This document shows, piece by piece, positions 50,940 to 61,181 of a stretch of DNA of 64,000 bases (positions are counted from its first letter, which is position 1; each line of letters begins with the position of its first letter). A program made the translations under genes and the position numbers. Origin of the DNA: an uncultured Bacteroidota bacterium (GTDB taxonomy: Bacteria; Bacteroidota; Bacteroidia; UBA4408); the NCBI GenBank assembly GCA_903831265.1, contig CAIKXD010000028.1, positions 9,414 through 73,413 of the forward strand, read 5' to 3'. The notes beneath the pieces are model-generated. The model worked only from the letters and a program-made list of their open reading frames with translations. It did no database searches and had not been told where the DNA came from.

Positions 50940-52103
50940 ATGATGAAAGTATTTTACAAATTTACAATCTTACTACTTACTGTATGCAGCTTATCTGCTT
51001 GCAAAAAAAAGGATTTACCGGCAGTTGAAGAGGGTACTCCAGTATTTATGATAGATAGTAAAGTAAACGGAAGTGCAGTAAACATTGCTGCAGGTAAAGC
51101 AGATTATTTTATGTTTACCTCACATAATTTAGACGGCTTGGGCATTAATGTACTAAGCGGAACATTAAGCAACAAACAATGCGAAAACTGCAATCATGTC
51201 TTTACTATTTCATATAGAGATAGTTATTATAGAAACAATCTTATGATTAATAATATTGAATCTGTTTTAAAGCCGGGTAACTTTAATTTTTACAATGGGG
51301 TTGATACTTTAGGCAATAATACCGTTCAGGGAACTGTAGTTAATTTTACCGCCTATGCCCCCGCTGGCACCAACTATACTTACAGTTGGAATTTTGGTGA
51401 TGGCGGAACCTCAACGCTTGCTAACCCAACACATCAATATACCGAGCCAGCCGATTACAATGTTTGTTTAACAGTAAGCAGTGCAGGTTATCCATCAAAA
51501 ACAATTTGCAATACCATTGCCATGGATACCATGTGCCGATTTCAGTTTAACCAAAGTGCCAGTCAAAATTATGTTAACTTTTTTACCATCGGCAACGCTA
51601 ATTCTTATGCATGGAATTTTGGCGATACTGTTGGTTTTTCTGTGAGTGGGCAAACAACCTCACATACCTACAACCAGGCGGGTATTTATAGAGTTACACT
51701 AAAAGATACTTTAGCTGGTTTAAGTTGTAATAATGTTTTTGAAAAAGATTTATTGATTGGTAATTTTACGGGCAATGAAGTGGCTGCAGGATTTAATTAC
51801 AACTATGCTACTATTACTCCAATGGCTCCGTTGCCTGCTGACAGTGGTTTTGGAAAAGTAGTGGTGAACTACACTGCGCCAAATGGAAATAAATATAGTA
51901 CTTACAATGCTTTTGTTGCACACAATCAAATAAACAATAACTTTGTAGTAAGCAAAGCAAGTCCCTATCAAAACAATAGTTTAGGCCAAAAAACCTACAA
52001 AATGGAAGGTAGTTTTAAAGCTTGGTTTTATAATGTAAACAATGCAAACGATTCAATATTCATAGAAACATCTAAATTTATTATGGGAGTAGCTTTCCCT
52101 TAA
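50940..52103 (+). CDS. PKD domain-containing lipoprotein
   Basis: The lipoprotein signal is LTVCSLSACKKK. PKD-type motifs are present (YSWNFGDGGTSTLANPTHQYTEPADYNVCLTV and a second WNFGDT...HTYNQAGIYRVTL). The start was moved to MMKVF. Confidence 0.75.
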   Translation: MMKVFYKFTILLLTVCSLSACKKKDLPAVEEGTPVFMIDSKVNGSAVNIAAGKADYFMFTSHNLDGLGINVLSGTLSNKQCENCNHVFTISYRDSYYRNNLMINNIESVLKPGNFNFYNGVDTLGNNTVQGTVVNFTAYAPAGTNYTYSWNFGDGGTSTLANPTHQYTEPADYNVCLTVSSAGYPSKTICNTIAMDTMCRFQFNQSASQNYVNFFTIGNANSYAWNFGDTVGFSVSGQTTSHTYNQAGIYRVTLKDTLAGLSCNNVFEKDLLIGNFTGNEVAAGFNYNYATITPMAPLPADSGFGKVVVNYTAPNGNKYSTYNAFVAHNQINNNFVVSKASPYQNNSLGQKTYKMEGSFKAWFYNVNNANDSIFIETSKFIMGVAFP

Positions 52104-52127
52104 ATTAACTTTTAAAACCAATACACC

Positions 52128-54827
52128 ATGAAAAAAAGATTTACTTTATCTGTTTTAGCAACATGTTTTATAATGTTGCTATTTAATTTAAAACTTCAAG
52201 CACAAAGCTGTGAAGCAGGTTTTAGTTATACGCCGCCAGATCCAAATGGAGTAGTTGTTTTTCAGGATACTTCGTGGTCGCAAGATCCAATACTTACTTG
52301 GCAATGGGATTTTGGCAATGGTACCGTAGGTCAAGGTCCAATTTGCACTGTGCAATATACTGCCAATGGCACTTACCAAGTTTGTTTAATTATTGAAAGT
52401 GCTACTTGTATTGATACAGTTTGTCAGTATGTTGCGGTAACATTGGCCAACCCTTGTACATTAAATGGAGCAGTTTATTTAATTGGTCCACCACCACAAA
52501 ATACCCTTTCGGCCGATTTTACAGGAGGCACACCGCCTTATTCTTACTCGTGGAACAATGCTGCCAATACACAAATAATTACCGCTACAGGATATATGAA
52601 CTACTGTGTTACAGTTACTGATGCTGCAGGTTGTAGTTCAACTGCTTGTTATAATTACACTTCAAACTGCAATTTAGTTGGAGTAATTTCTTACGACTCT
52701 TTAGCTAATACTTTAAGTGCAGTTGCAACACTTGGTCAACCACCTTACACCTATTCATGGACAAATGGTTCAACACAGCCTGTGATAAGCCCTGTAATAG
52801 CGGGCAATTACTGTGTTATAATTACTGATGCCCAAGGGTGTAATTTTACCACATGCTACAATTATGCGCCATTTGGATGTAATAGTGTGTTTACTTATAC
52901 TATGATTTCGCCTGGTGAATATGCTTTTTACTCTAATGCAGCGCCAACAGCACAAACCATTTGGGACTTTGGTGATGGTTCGCCTGTTGATACCATTATT
53001 GGCAACCAAATTACACATACATATTTATCTACAATGACTTACCAAGTTTGTATGACTGAGCTTGGATGTGCTCCTTATTGCGCTCCAATTTATGCACAAG
53101 GCAATCCAACATCTGTATTATGCGGCACCGTTTTTAACGATGCCAATGGCAATAGTATTATCGACACCACTGAAACTGGCTTAGGCGGCATTTACTTATT
53201 TATTTACGGTGCTGGAACGCAACAAACAGTTTTCAGCGATAGTATTACAGGTAATTTTTCATTTAATCTACCGGCCGGTACTTATACCGTTCAATTGTGT
53301 TCGAGTGGCAGTTTACTTCAAAATTCAATTATTACAGTGCCAGCACCTTTGCCTACTGTGCCACCAAATAATTGCGCTTCTTATAATGTTACTATTGGTG
53401 CTAATGATACCATTTGTGGCTTAAACTTTGGCGTATTTACAAATGCCTCAACGGTTTCGGGCACTTTATTTTATGATATCAATAATAACGGCATATTGGA
53501 TGGTAGCGAAACAGGTTTGCCTTATCAAATAGTGCAAATAGGTGCATACACGGCTTACACCGATGCCAATGGTTTTTACAGTATTTCTTTACCTATAGGT
53601 AATTATACTATTTCATACACGCCAACAGGTTACTATAGTTCTGGAACAATAACCACAAGCAATGTAGTAGCCAATGTTACTCAAAATGGCCAAACTTATG
53701 GCAACAATAACATTGGTTTATATATGACCCCTGGGCAAGTAGATTTAGGAATTACAATATCTCCAAGTACCACTGTTACCCCTGGTTTTGGTGCATGGTA
53801 CAGTATAAATGTTTGCAATAATGGTACAACTCCAACAGGTGCCACTGTATTGATGCAGTATGATGCGGTTTTAACACCAAACTATCAAAGCCCAGCCGGT
53901 TCAAGTGTAAATACAACCAATAATTTAATTACTTGGAATGTGGCTAATATTAACCCAGGGGCATGCTATTATATTTGGGTATCTTTTAACGCATTGCTTA
54001 GTGCACAATTAGGCGCAAGCACTATTGAATTTGTAAGTGTTAATCCTACAACTGGTATTGATAATAATGCAAGCAACAATACAGATACCATTCATCAAAT
54101 TGTGGTTGGCTCTTGGGATCCAAACAATAAGTTAGTTGCATACAGCAATACCAATGATCCTAATTTTCAAATGGTGGCTAGTACCACGCCAAATCAGGAA
54201 ATACGTTATACAGTTAACTTTCAAAATACAGGCACTGCACCGGCATATAACGTAGTTGTAGTTGATGAAATGTCGAGCAATTTAGATGTAAATTCATATC
54301 AATTTATTGGCGCTAGTCATAATTGCCAAATTATTAGAAATGGCAATACTACTACTTATAAATTTATGGGAATTATGTTGCCCGATTCAACCAACAACGA
54401 GCCAGAAAGTCATGGTTCAATTACCTATAAATTAAACGCATTAAGCAGTTTAAACATTGGTGATCAAATAATTGATTATGCCAACATCTACTTTGATTTT
54501 AATGCACCTGTGTTAACCGAAGATGCCGTGATTACTATTGTTGGCCCAACTGCAGCAGGTTCAATTTTGAATAATAATCAAGTGTATGTTTATCCAAATC
54601 CGGCAGAAGAATTTGTAAATTTAAATGTACAAGCGCAAGCAGATGGCAATGTGGCTATCAACATTACGGATGCTACCGGAAAAGTTTGTTTACAACAACA
54701 AAGAACCTTAAAGGCGGGTTATAATAAATTGCTGATAAACACAGCTGAGCTAAGCCAGGGCATTTACTTTGTGCAAACAACTACAAATGATGGAGTAGTT
54801 AAAACTGCTAAGTTGAGTATTAAATAA
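52128..54827 (+). CDS. Large multi-domain surface protein: PKD-like, SprB repeats, SdrD-B/Cna-B-like and 'conserved repeat domain' (DUF11-like), T9SS cargo
   Basis: SprB-repeat motifs are present (GGTPPYSYSWNNAAN...GYMNYCVTVTDAAGC; GQPPYTYSWTNGST...GNYCVIITDAQGC). GT..D.N.NG..D segments are Cna-B-like, and there is a DUF11-like block. The T9SS C-terminal domain is VYVYPNPAEEFVNLN...GIYFVQTTTNDGVVKTAKLSIK. Confidence 0.8.
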   Translation: MKKRFTLSVLATCFIMLLFNLKLQAQSCEAGFSYTPPDPNGVVVFQDTSWSQDPILTWQWDFGNGTVGQGPICTVQYTANGTYQVCLIIESATCIDTVCQYVAVTLANPCTLNGAVYLIGPPPQNTLSADFTGGTPPYSYSWNNAANTQIITATGYMNYCVTVTDAAGCSSTACYNYTSNCNLVGVISYDSLANTLSAVATLGQPPYTYSWTNGSTQPVISPVIAGNYCVIITDAQGCNFTTCYNYAPFGCNSVFTYTMISPGEYAFYSNAAPTAQTIWDFGDGSPVDTIIGNQITHTYLSTMTYQVCMTELGCAPYCAPIYAQGNPTSVLCGTVFNDANGNSIIDTTETGLGGIYLFIYGAGTQQTVFSDSITGNFSFNLPAGTYTVQLCSSGSLLQNSIITVPAPLPTVPPNNCASYNVTIGANDTICGLNFGVFTNASTVSGTLFYDINNNGILDGSETGLPYQIVQIGAYTAYTDANGFYSISLPIGNYTISYTPTGYYSSGTITTSNVVANVTQNGQTYGNNNIGLYMTPGQVDLGITISPSTTVTPGFGAWYSINVCNNGTTPTGATVLMQYDAVLTPNYQSPAGSSVNTTNNLITWNVANINPGACYYIWVSFNALLSAQLGASTIEFVSVNPTTGIDNNASNNTDTIHQIVVGSWDPNNKLVAYSNTNDPNFQMVASTTPNQEIRYTVNFQNTGTAPAYNVVVVDEMSSNLDVNSYQFIGASHNCQIIRNGNTTTYKFMGIMLPDSTNNEPESHGSITYKLNALSSLNIGDQIIDYANIYFDFNAPVLTEDAVITIVGPTAAGSILNNNQVYVYPNPAEEFVNLNVQAQADGNVAINITDATGKVCLQQQRTLKAGYNKLLINTAELSQGIYFVQTTTNDGVVKTAKLSIK

Positions 54828-54846
54828 CAAGTAAAGTGTAATAAGG

Positions 54847-54876
54847 AAAAGCGCTGCTTCGGTGGCGCTTTTTTTA
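54847..54876. terminator. Rho-independent terminator (aaaagcgctgcttcggtggcgcttttttt)
   Basis: It has a GC stem with a TTCG-containing loop followed by a 7-T run. It is shared by the convergent 52128..54827 (+) and 54874..56493 (-) genes. Confidence 0.65.
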
Positions 54877-56493
54877 TGCTTGTAAATGAGTCAAATTAAA
54901 ATTAACCCCATCAAATAATCCTTTATCACTCAGTTTCAAGGCAGGAATAACCAACAAGGCCATAAACGATAAACTCATAAAAGGTGCATCTAATTTGCAA
55001 CCCAATTCTTTGGCTTTATAGTGCAGCGATTGATAACCTGCGGCCACTTCATCAACCGATTTATTGCTCATGATACCCGCTACTGGCAAAGGAAGCACAT
55101 CTTTACCATGTTGGTGCGCTACTGAAATGCCCCCTTTACTTTCGATAATTAAATTGATGGCTTGGGCTAATGATTCATCATCAACACCTACGGCCACAAT
55201 ATTATGGCTATCGTGTGCAATACAACTAGCAATGGCGCCTTCTTTTAAACCAAAATTCTTTATAAATGCTACTGATGGTGGCGCATTAAAATAGCGATTT
55301 ACCACCACAATTTTTAAAATATCTTTGGTGATATCGGTAGTTAAAACACCTTCAATAATAGGCAACGTATCAACAACACAGGCAGTAATTAATTGCCTAT
55401 TAAAAGCTTCTATAATTTTTATTTTTCCGTTGCTTGATTTTAACTCCAATTGCTTTGCTGTGATGGCATGGCAGTTAAATTGGTTAATAATATGAAAGGG
55501 TTTGGTTTCGATATTACTGATATGATTTTGCGCTACACAATTCCCTTTGATGTAGGTTTGCTTTACTTTAAATTCTTTTAAATTATTGATCACAATAAAA
55601 TCGGCATCATCATTTACTTTGAGTTGGCCAACTGGCAGTTTATAATGCTTTACAGGCAAAATACAAGCAGCATGTAACACATCATACAAGTCGTAACCTT
55701 GATTAATGGCGCGCAATACCAATTGGTTGATATGGCCTAATAATAAATCATCGGGATGTTTATCATCAGAACAAAACATAATTTGCTTTGGAAAAACTTT
55801 TAACAAAGGAATTAATGCATCAAAGTTTTTAGCGGCACTGCCTTCTCTAATGATGACTTTCATGCCTAATTTTAATTTTTCGAGACCTTCGTTATAGGTA
55901 AAACACTCATGATCGGTGCTGATGCCTGCGCTGATGTATTGCTCTAAATCGTTTCCTGTAAGGCCTGGTGCATGGCCATCTACAGGTTTGTTTACTTTGT
56001 GTGCTGCACTTACTTTCTGCATTATTTCTGCATCGCGGTGAATGACTGCGGGGTAATTCATTACCTCGGCCAAATACCAAATATCTTTTGATTGCATTAA
56101 TGCTTCAATACCTTTAGCATCAATGCTTGCACCTGCTGTTTCAAAGGAAGTAGCAGGAACACAACTTGGCGCACCAAAAAAGAAATTGAATGGCACTGTT
56201 TTGCTATTTTCGATCACGTAATTTACTCCATCAATGCCCATTACATTAGCTATTTCGTGCGGATCGCTTACTGTGCCCACTGTGCCATGTAATACGGCTA
56301 CTTTAGCAAATTCTGAAGGCAATACCATACTGCTTTCGATATGGATATGTGCATCAATAAAACCAGGAAGTATATAATCTTCTAGTTCTTCATCAATGGC
56401 TTGCACCGTAACTATTTTAGATCCATCTATAGTGATGGCCGCTGCATATATATTACGATTCTCAATATCGATGTAATTGGCTTTTATAATCAA
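54874..56493 (-). CDS. ade: Adenine deaminase
   Basis: PGFIDAHIHIESSMV is the metal-binding amidohydrolase motif. The protein's 539-aa length and domain order are typical of Ade. Confidence 0.85.
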   Translation of the reverse strand: MIIKANYIDIENRNIYAAAITIDGSKIVTVQAIDEELEDYILPGFIDAHIHIESSMVLPSEFAKVAVLHGTVGTVSDPHEIANVMGIDGVNYVIENSKTVPFNFFFGAPSCVPATSFETAGASIDAKGIEALMQSKDIWYLAEVMNYPAVIHRDAEIMQKVSAAHKVNKPVDGHAPGLTGNDLEQYISAGISTDHECFTYNEGLEKLKLGMKVIIREGSAAKNFDALIPLLKVFPKQIMFCSDDKHPDDLLLGHINQLVLRAINQGYDLYDVLHAACILPVKHYKLPVGQLKVNDDADFIVINNLKEFKVKQTYIKGNCVAQNHISNIETKPFHIINQFNCHAITAKQLELKSSNGKIKIIEAFNRQLITACVVDTLPIIEGVLTTDITKDILKIVVVNRYFNAPPSVAFIKNFGLKEGAIASCIAHDSHNIVAVGVDDESLAQAINLIIESKGGISVAHQHGKDVLPLPVAGIMSNKSVDEVAAGYQSLHYKAKELGCKLDAPFMSLSFMALLVIPALKLSDKGLFDGVNFNLTHLQA

Positions 56494-56494
56494 A

Positions 56495-57025
56495 TTATAG
56501 GGTATTATTATCGTTTTTAAACCAAGTGCTGTACATTAAATAATTGTTGGCAATACGCTGCACTTCGCCTTTAAATAGTTCTTCGCTTAATTGTTTTACT
56601 TTTTTTGCAGGAATACCAGCATAAACAGAACCTGCCTCAACCACTGTATTTTCGAGTACTACTGCACCCGCGGCTATAATACAATTTTCATGTATAACAA
56701 CATTATCCATAATGATAGCACCCATGCCAATGAGCACATTATCATGCACGGTGCAACCATGCACAATGGCATTATGCCCAATGGAAACATTATTGCCTAA
56801 TACCACTTTTGTTTTTTGATAGGTGCAATGAATGACAGCACCATCCTGTACGTTTACTTTATTGCCCATGGTAATGCTATTTACATCGCCTCTTACCACG
56901 GCATTGAACCAAAAGCTACAATCATTTCCCGCAACTACTTGGCCCACAATGGTGGCGTTAGGTGCAATAAAACAATTTTCACCAAACTGCGGGCTAACGC
57001 CATTTACAGGTAAAATAACACTCAT
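56495..57025 (-). CDS. Gamma-carbonic anhydrase family / hexapeptide-repeat (YrdA/PaaY-like) protein
   Basis: It is a left-handed beta-helix hexapeptide repeat protein (FIAPNATIVGQV..G..CSFWFNAVVRGDVN.I..G...NVQDGAVIH). The protein is 176 aa. Confidence 0.85.
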   Translation of the reverse strand: MSVILPVNGVSPQFGENCFIAPNATIVGQVVAGNDCSFWFNAVVRGDVNSITMGNKVNVQDGAVIHCTYQKTKVVLGNNVSIGHNAIVHGCTVHDNVLIGMGAIIMDNVVIHENCIIAAGAVVLENTVVEAGSVYAGIPAKKVKQLSEELFKGEVQRIANNYLMYSTWFKNDNNTL

Positions 57026-57046
57026 ATTAATATTTTTAGGAGATAA

Positions 57047-58300
57047 CTATTCTAAAATTTTAAGTTCCAGCAAATCAATTTTATTGCCTGCCACTTGTTT
57101 TATGGTAAAAGAAAAAGGATGTAACTCTATCACTTCATTTAATTGTGGTACACTGCCGTGATATTGCAAAATTAATCCTGCTAATGTTTCGTATTCTTCG
57201 CCAATAGGCAATTCAAGTTGATATTTATTATTGATATAATCTACTTCTAACCTGCCCGAAAGTATATATTCTATGTCTGAAATTTTCTTATCAATCAAAT
57301 CTTGTTTATCGTGTTCATCATCAATTTCTCCAAATATTTCTTCCATCACATCTTCAATGGTAAGCATACCGGCTGTGCCACCAAACTCGTCTACAACCAC
57401 GGCAACACTTCTTCTTTGTTGTTTTAGTAAAGTAAGAATTTCGCGCGCGTGCATCGTTTCGGGCACAATAGAAATGGGCAACAACACTTCTCTTATTGTT
57501 TTTGGGCGTTTAAACATTTCTGATGAATGCACGTAACCAATAATGTTATCAATACTTTCATCATAAATTAATATTTTAGAAAGATGCGTTTCTGCAAACA
57601 TTTTTTGCAAATCTGCAATTTCCTCATTTACTTCCATGCCAATCAATTCGGGGCGCGGAATCATACATTCGCGTGCTTTTACACTTCCAAATTCAAGTGC
57701 ATTCTGAAAGATTTGAATCTCATGATCATAATCATCTCTATGCGCATTAGAGGTGGTAAATTGTTTTACATAGTTATCTAAATCAATCCTGCCAAAGGTT
57801 ACCGCATTTTGCTCTACATTAATGCGAAAGCCATATTTCAATAAAAATTCTGCAAAACCTAAGGTGATATAAACTACTGGAAAAAGTAAAAAATAGATCA
57901 CTGCAAAAGGAATGGCCAAAAAGTTGAGCATTGCATTAGGATTGATGCTGAAAAGCGCTTTTGGAATAAACTCTGCCGTTACCACAATGATAAATGTGGA
58001 AATAAGTACACTTAAAATTAAGACCCCAAACTGCGAGTGAATATATTGATGAAAGAATGGCTCCAAAATAGCTGCAGTATATATTCCATAAATAACCAAA
58101 GTAGTATTATTGCCAACTAATGTTGCTGCAATAAAACGTTGCGGATTACGCATAAAAAATGAAATAATTTTAGCGGGAAAAAAACCCTGATTACTTTCTA
58201 ACTCCACTCTTAATTTATTGGAAGTAAGAAAAGCAATTTCGATACCCGAAAAAAATGCAGAAGATAAAATGGCAATTAATATGATGCTTAATGAGCTCAA
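57047..58300 (-). CDS. CNNM/CorC-HlyC family membrane protein (DUF21 + CBS pair + CorC_HlyC); GldE-like
   Basis: It has N-terminal 4-TM DUF21, a CBS pair and a C-terminal transporter-associated domain. The protein is 417 aa. Flavobacterial GldE belongs to this family, but orthology is not established here. Confidence 0.8.
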   Translation of the reverse strand: MSSLSIILIAILSSAFFSGIEIAFLTSNKLRVELESNQGFFPAKIISFFMRNPQRFIAATLVGNNTTLVIYGIYTAAILEPFFHQYIHSQFGVLILSVLISTFIIVVTAEFIPKALFSINPNAMLNFLAIPFAVIYFLLFPVVYITLGFAEFLLKYGFRINVEQNAVTFGRIDLDNYVKQFTTSNAHRDDYDHEIQIFQNALEFGSVKARECMIPRPELIGMEVNEEIADLQKMFAETHLSKILIYDESIDNIIGYVHSSEMFKRPKTIREVLLPISIVPETMHAREILTLLKQQRRSVAVVVDEFGGTAGMLTIEDVMEEIFGEIDDEHDKQDLIDKKISDIEYILSGRLEVDYINNKYQLELPIGEEYETLAGLILQYHGSVPQLNEVIELHPFSFTIKQVAGNKIDLLELKILE

Positions 58301-58302
58301 GG

Positions 58303-58518
58303 TTATGGTATATTGGTTATATTTTCTTGGGTGTTAACAGAAATATTTTTTATTCTTTTTTTATTTACGCCATACATATAAGCGCCTATGAAGGTAATGG
58401 CTAAAAAAATACCAGCTTCGGGCAACTTGTTGCTAGATGCATTAATAACCGCGCCAATAAGTGCGCCAATAGCAGCAATGAGCCAAATAACCTGAAGCGT
58501 TTTAAACATGTTTTTCAT
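58303..58518 (-). CDS. Small (71 aa) two-TM membrane protein
   Basis: It is tightly packed between the two flanking genes, with 4-nt and 2-nt gaps. It has two hydrophobic helices. There is no family assignment. Confidence 0.4.
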   Translation of the reverse strand: MKNMFKTLQVIWLIAAIGALIGAVINASSNKLPEAGIFLAITFIGAYMYGVNKKRIKNISVNTQENITNIP

Positions 58519-58522
58519 GTTT

Positions 58523-59095
58523 CTATTTTTTTAAATTAATGGTGCCCTTCATTTTTTTAATCTTATATTTTGTAAAGCTTTGATTACTTTCTAAACCTTC
58601 GCCCATAATTATTTCATCTTTGGTGGTTATGGTTACATAAGCGTCAGAAACAATGGTTTCTTCTTTTTGATTCCATACCAAATGCTCTGTGTTCAATGTT
58701 TCGTTTTTTTCGTTTACCACAACTACTTTTCTTTTTGCTTCCATAATATTATTATCAGGAAACTGTAATACTTTAGCGTATTCTGCTGTTAAAGTAGAAT
58801 TCACTTTTTGATTGCCATCGTAAAAATACATTTTTATTCCTTTAGGCATTTCAATGTAAGGTTGTTTTTCGGCAAATCGGTTTAGTTCTTTAGCCAATAA
58901 TCGTGCTTTAATTTTTGCAGAGTCGCTGTAAAGAATTTCTACACCCTTTCCTTTCTCTAATGGCATCGCCTTTTTACTTGTAATAATTTTAACCTTTTCG
59001 ATATCATTTTCGCAAGAAACCATTGTTAAAACAGCAAGGCAAAGCATACAAAATAAATTTACCTTAGCTACGCTCCAAAACCTATTTGCATCCAT
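58523..59095 (-). CDS. Lipoprotein (190 aa), possibly LptC/OstA-like periplasmic protein
   Basis: The lipobox is LTMVSC. The protein's 190-aa size and its position upstream of a CorC-like gene suggest this. The LptC assignment is tentative. Confidence 0.5.
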   Translation of the reverse strand: MDANRFWSVAKVNLFCMLCLAVLTMVSCENDIEKVKIITSKKAMPLEKGKGVEILYSDSAKIKARLLAKELNRFAEKQPYIEMPKGIKMYFYDGNQKVNSTLTAEYAKVLQFPDNNIMEAKRKVVVVNEKNETLNTEHLVWNQKEETIVSDAYVTITTKDEIIMGEGLESNQSFTKYKIKKMKGTINLKK

Positions 59096-59108
59096 CTTTA
59101 GGTCTTAA

Positions 59109-60413
59109 TTAATCGTATTTAGTTTTAATAAACCAACGGTCGTTGATAGTAAAACCAACATTAATCATAAAGTAATTTTCTTTTACCAAGTTAGCTAAAG
59201 TAGTTCCCCTTCTTCCTATTTCCATTCCAATATTTACTGTTGAAACCGCTTTTCTTAAAGGAAATCCGGCACCTAAAGTAAATGCGTTTTCTAAAATTTG
59301 AGTGTCGTTTAAATAATAGGGCAAGGCTGTATTTTTATATCCAAAACGGTAATAAGTATGTCCTAAAATTCCATCGGGCGATTGACTATTAGGAAAATAT
59401 TGCAAACCAGCCGCAATAGTTCTGCTGTTTTTTAAATTACTTTGCACCCCGCTGATACTATCGGAACCCCAGTTAACCACTTTATACTCTACACTATAAT
59501 TTACCTTTGGTCCCATTTGCACATTAAACCCAAAAGTATACTGACTTGGTAAATAAGCAAAAACAGTATTCGACTCGCTATAATAAGCGGTATCTACAAG
59601 GCTCGAAGCCAAATTTGTATTGAAATATCTTTCGGAATTGATGCTTTCATCAATATTTAAATTGCCTTTAAATCCGTAACTAAATCCAAGCGTAATTTTT
59701 GTTTCATCATTAACATTAAGAGTATGCTGCAAACCTAATAAAAAGGAAAAGCCTCTCATCATTTGATACTTGGTATTTAATATATTTAAGTAGTAGCTTG
59801 TATCATTACCAATAAAACTTTTATACTCTTCGTTGGTGGTATTTCCGAAAGTAAACTCCGAATTAACACCAATGGCAAAGCCTTTCATAAGGCTATCGCT
59901 AAAAATTTTAAATGGATTGAAGCCATTGGCTATGTACAATTTATTTAAACCACCTGAACCCTTGTAGGTATTTACTATTTCTCGTTTGCCAAAAGTGGTA
60001 GTATCAGCAACTTTGTATCCTACTCCAGAATAGGGTATAATTCCGAATGAAAGTCCCCACCATTTTGTGATAGGAAAACCTACCGCTAAATAACCAAAAG
60101 AACCATTTTTATTTACAATAGTATCAGTAGTGTTGAGCTGTTGCGTAAAATTTGCGCTAATACCTGCATTAAAAGCAGTTAGCTTTAGTGCTACATTTGA
60201 TGCAGGATTATTGTAATTTAAATGAAAGGGGCCTTTTTGTGCTACTCCAGTGCCTCCAAGGGCAATATTTTGAGCAAATCCCTTAAACACTTCGGTGCCA
60301 TAACCATATCTAGAGTATATAGAGTTGGTAATGTTTTGGGCTTGCGTAAATTGCACCCACATGGCACACAAAATAAGCAGAGCAACTTTATATTTTTTAA
60401 TATTTTCTTCCAT
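59109..60413 (-). CDS. Predicted outer-membrane beta-barrel protein (unnamed family)
   Basis: The start was moved to MEENIKKYKVALLILCAMWVQFTQAQ (signal peptide). It shows amphipathic beta-strand periodicity throughout, and the C-terminal residue is aromatic (...WFIKTKYD). Confidence 0.5.
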   Translation of the reverse strand: MEENIKKYKVALLILCAMWVQFTQAQNITNSIYSRYGYGTEVFKGFAQNIALGGTGVAQKGPFHLNYNNPASNVALKLTAFNAGISANFTQQLNTTDTIVNKNGSFGYLAVGFPITKWWGLSFGIIPYSGVGYKVADTTTFGKREIVNTYKGSGGLNKLYIANGFNPFKIFSDSLMKGFAIGVNSEFTFGNTTNEEYKSFIGNDTSYYLNILNTKYQMMRGFSFLLGLQHTLNVNDETKITLGFSYGFKGNLNIDESINSERYFNTNLASSLVDTAYYSESNTVFAYLPSQYTFGFNVQMGPKVNYSVEYKVVNWGSDSISGVQSNLKNSRTIAAGLQYFPNSQSPDGILGHTYYRFGYKNTALPYYLNDTQILENAFTLGAGFPLRKAVSTVNIGMEIGRRGTTLANLVKENYFMINVGFTINDRWFIKTKYD

Positions 60414-60464
60414 TCTTAAACGCTGCCGACTTATTTTAAAGAGCAAGTCTCGGGCTAATATTTT

Positions 60465-61181
60465 TTATTGTTGATAGTTTAAAATACTGTTTAATCCTTT
60501 TAAAATTAAATCAGGGTCGGCAAAGATGCCATTTTTTAATCCTTTTTGCAAAAAAGCAGCATCGCCCCCTGTTAAAACTATGTTAACAGCCTCATCCATT
60601 TGCCTGTATTGCTCAATAATACCTTTTACTTCGGCTATCATTCCTAATTGCGCGCCCATTTTTAATGAACTTTGCGTGTTGTTGCCAATAAGCTCGTGAT
60701 AATTTTCATCAAAAGATATTAAAGGTAATTTATTGGTAAATTTATGCATGGCTTTAAAACGCATGGCTAAGCCCGGAGAGATGCCACCACCCAAAAAATT
60801 TCCATTTTTATCGGTATAATTATATTTGATACAAGTACCTGCATCAATTACTAAAAATGCTGTTCCTTTAAATTGTTGATAGGCCCCACAAGCTGCAGCT
60901 AGACGATCGCTGCCAAGTGTATTTACAGATTGATAAAAATTGCTAATTGGCGTTGGTGTAGTGGACTGAAAAAACTGGGGTTTCCCTAATTTTTCAATAT
61001 GTTTTATAGTTTCCTCGGGCAATTCAACCACAGTGGCCACAAGTATTTTATCAATTTCAAATTGTTTCAGAAAGTCAATTACGACAGCAATATTGGTTTC
61101 TACAAACCGCTTTTTGAGTATATCTTTCTCAAATAAGCCTGCCTTTATTCGGGTATTACCAAAATCTAAAACTAAGTTCAT
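60465..61181 (-). CDS. coaX: Type III pantothenate kinase
   Basis: MNLVLDFGNTRIKAGLF is the CoaX N-terminal phosphate-1 motif. The protein is 238 aa. Confidence 0.88.
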   Translation of the reverse strand: MNLVLDFGNTRIKAGLFEKDILKKRFVETNIAVVIDFLKQFEIDKILVATVVELPEETIKHIEKLGKPQFFQSTTPTPISNFYQSVNTLGSDRLAAACGAYQQFKGTAFLVIDAGTCIKYNYTDKNGNFLGGGISPGLAMRFKAMHKFTNKLPLISFDENYHELIGNNTQSSLKMGAQLGMIAEVKGIIEQYRQMDEAVNIVLTGGDAAFLQKGLKNGIFADPDLILKGLNSILNYQQ

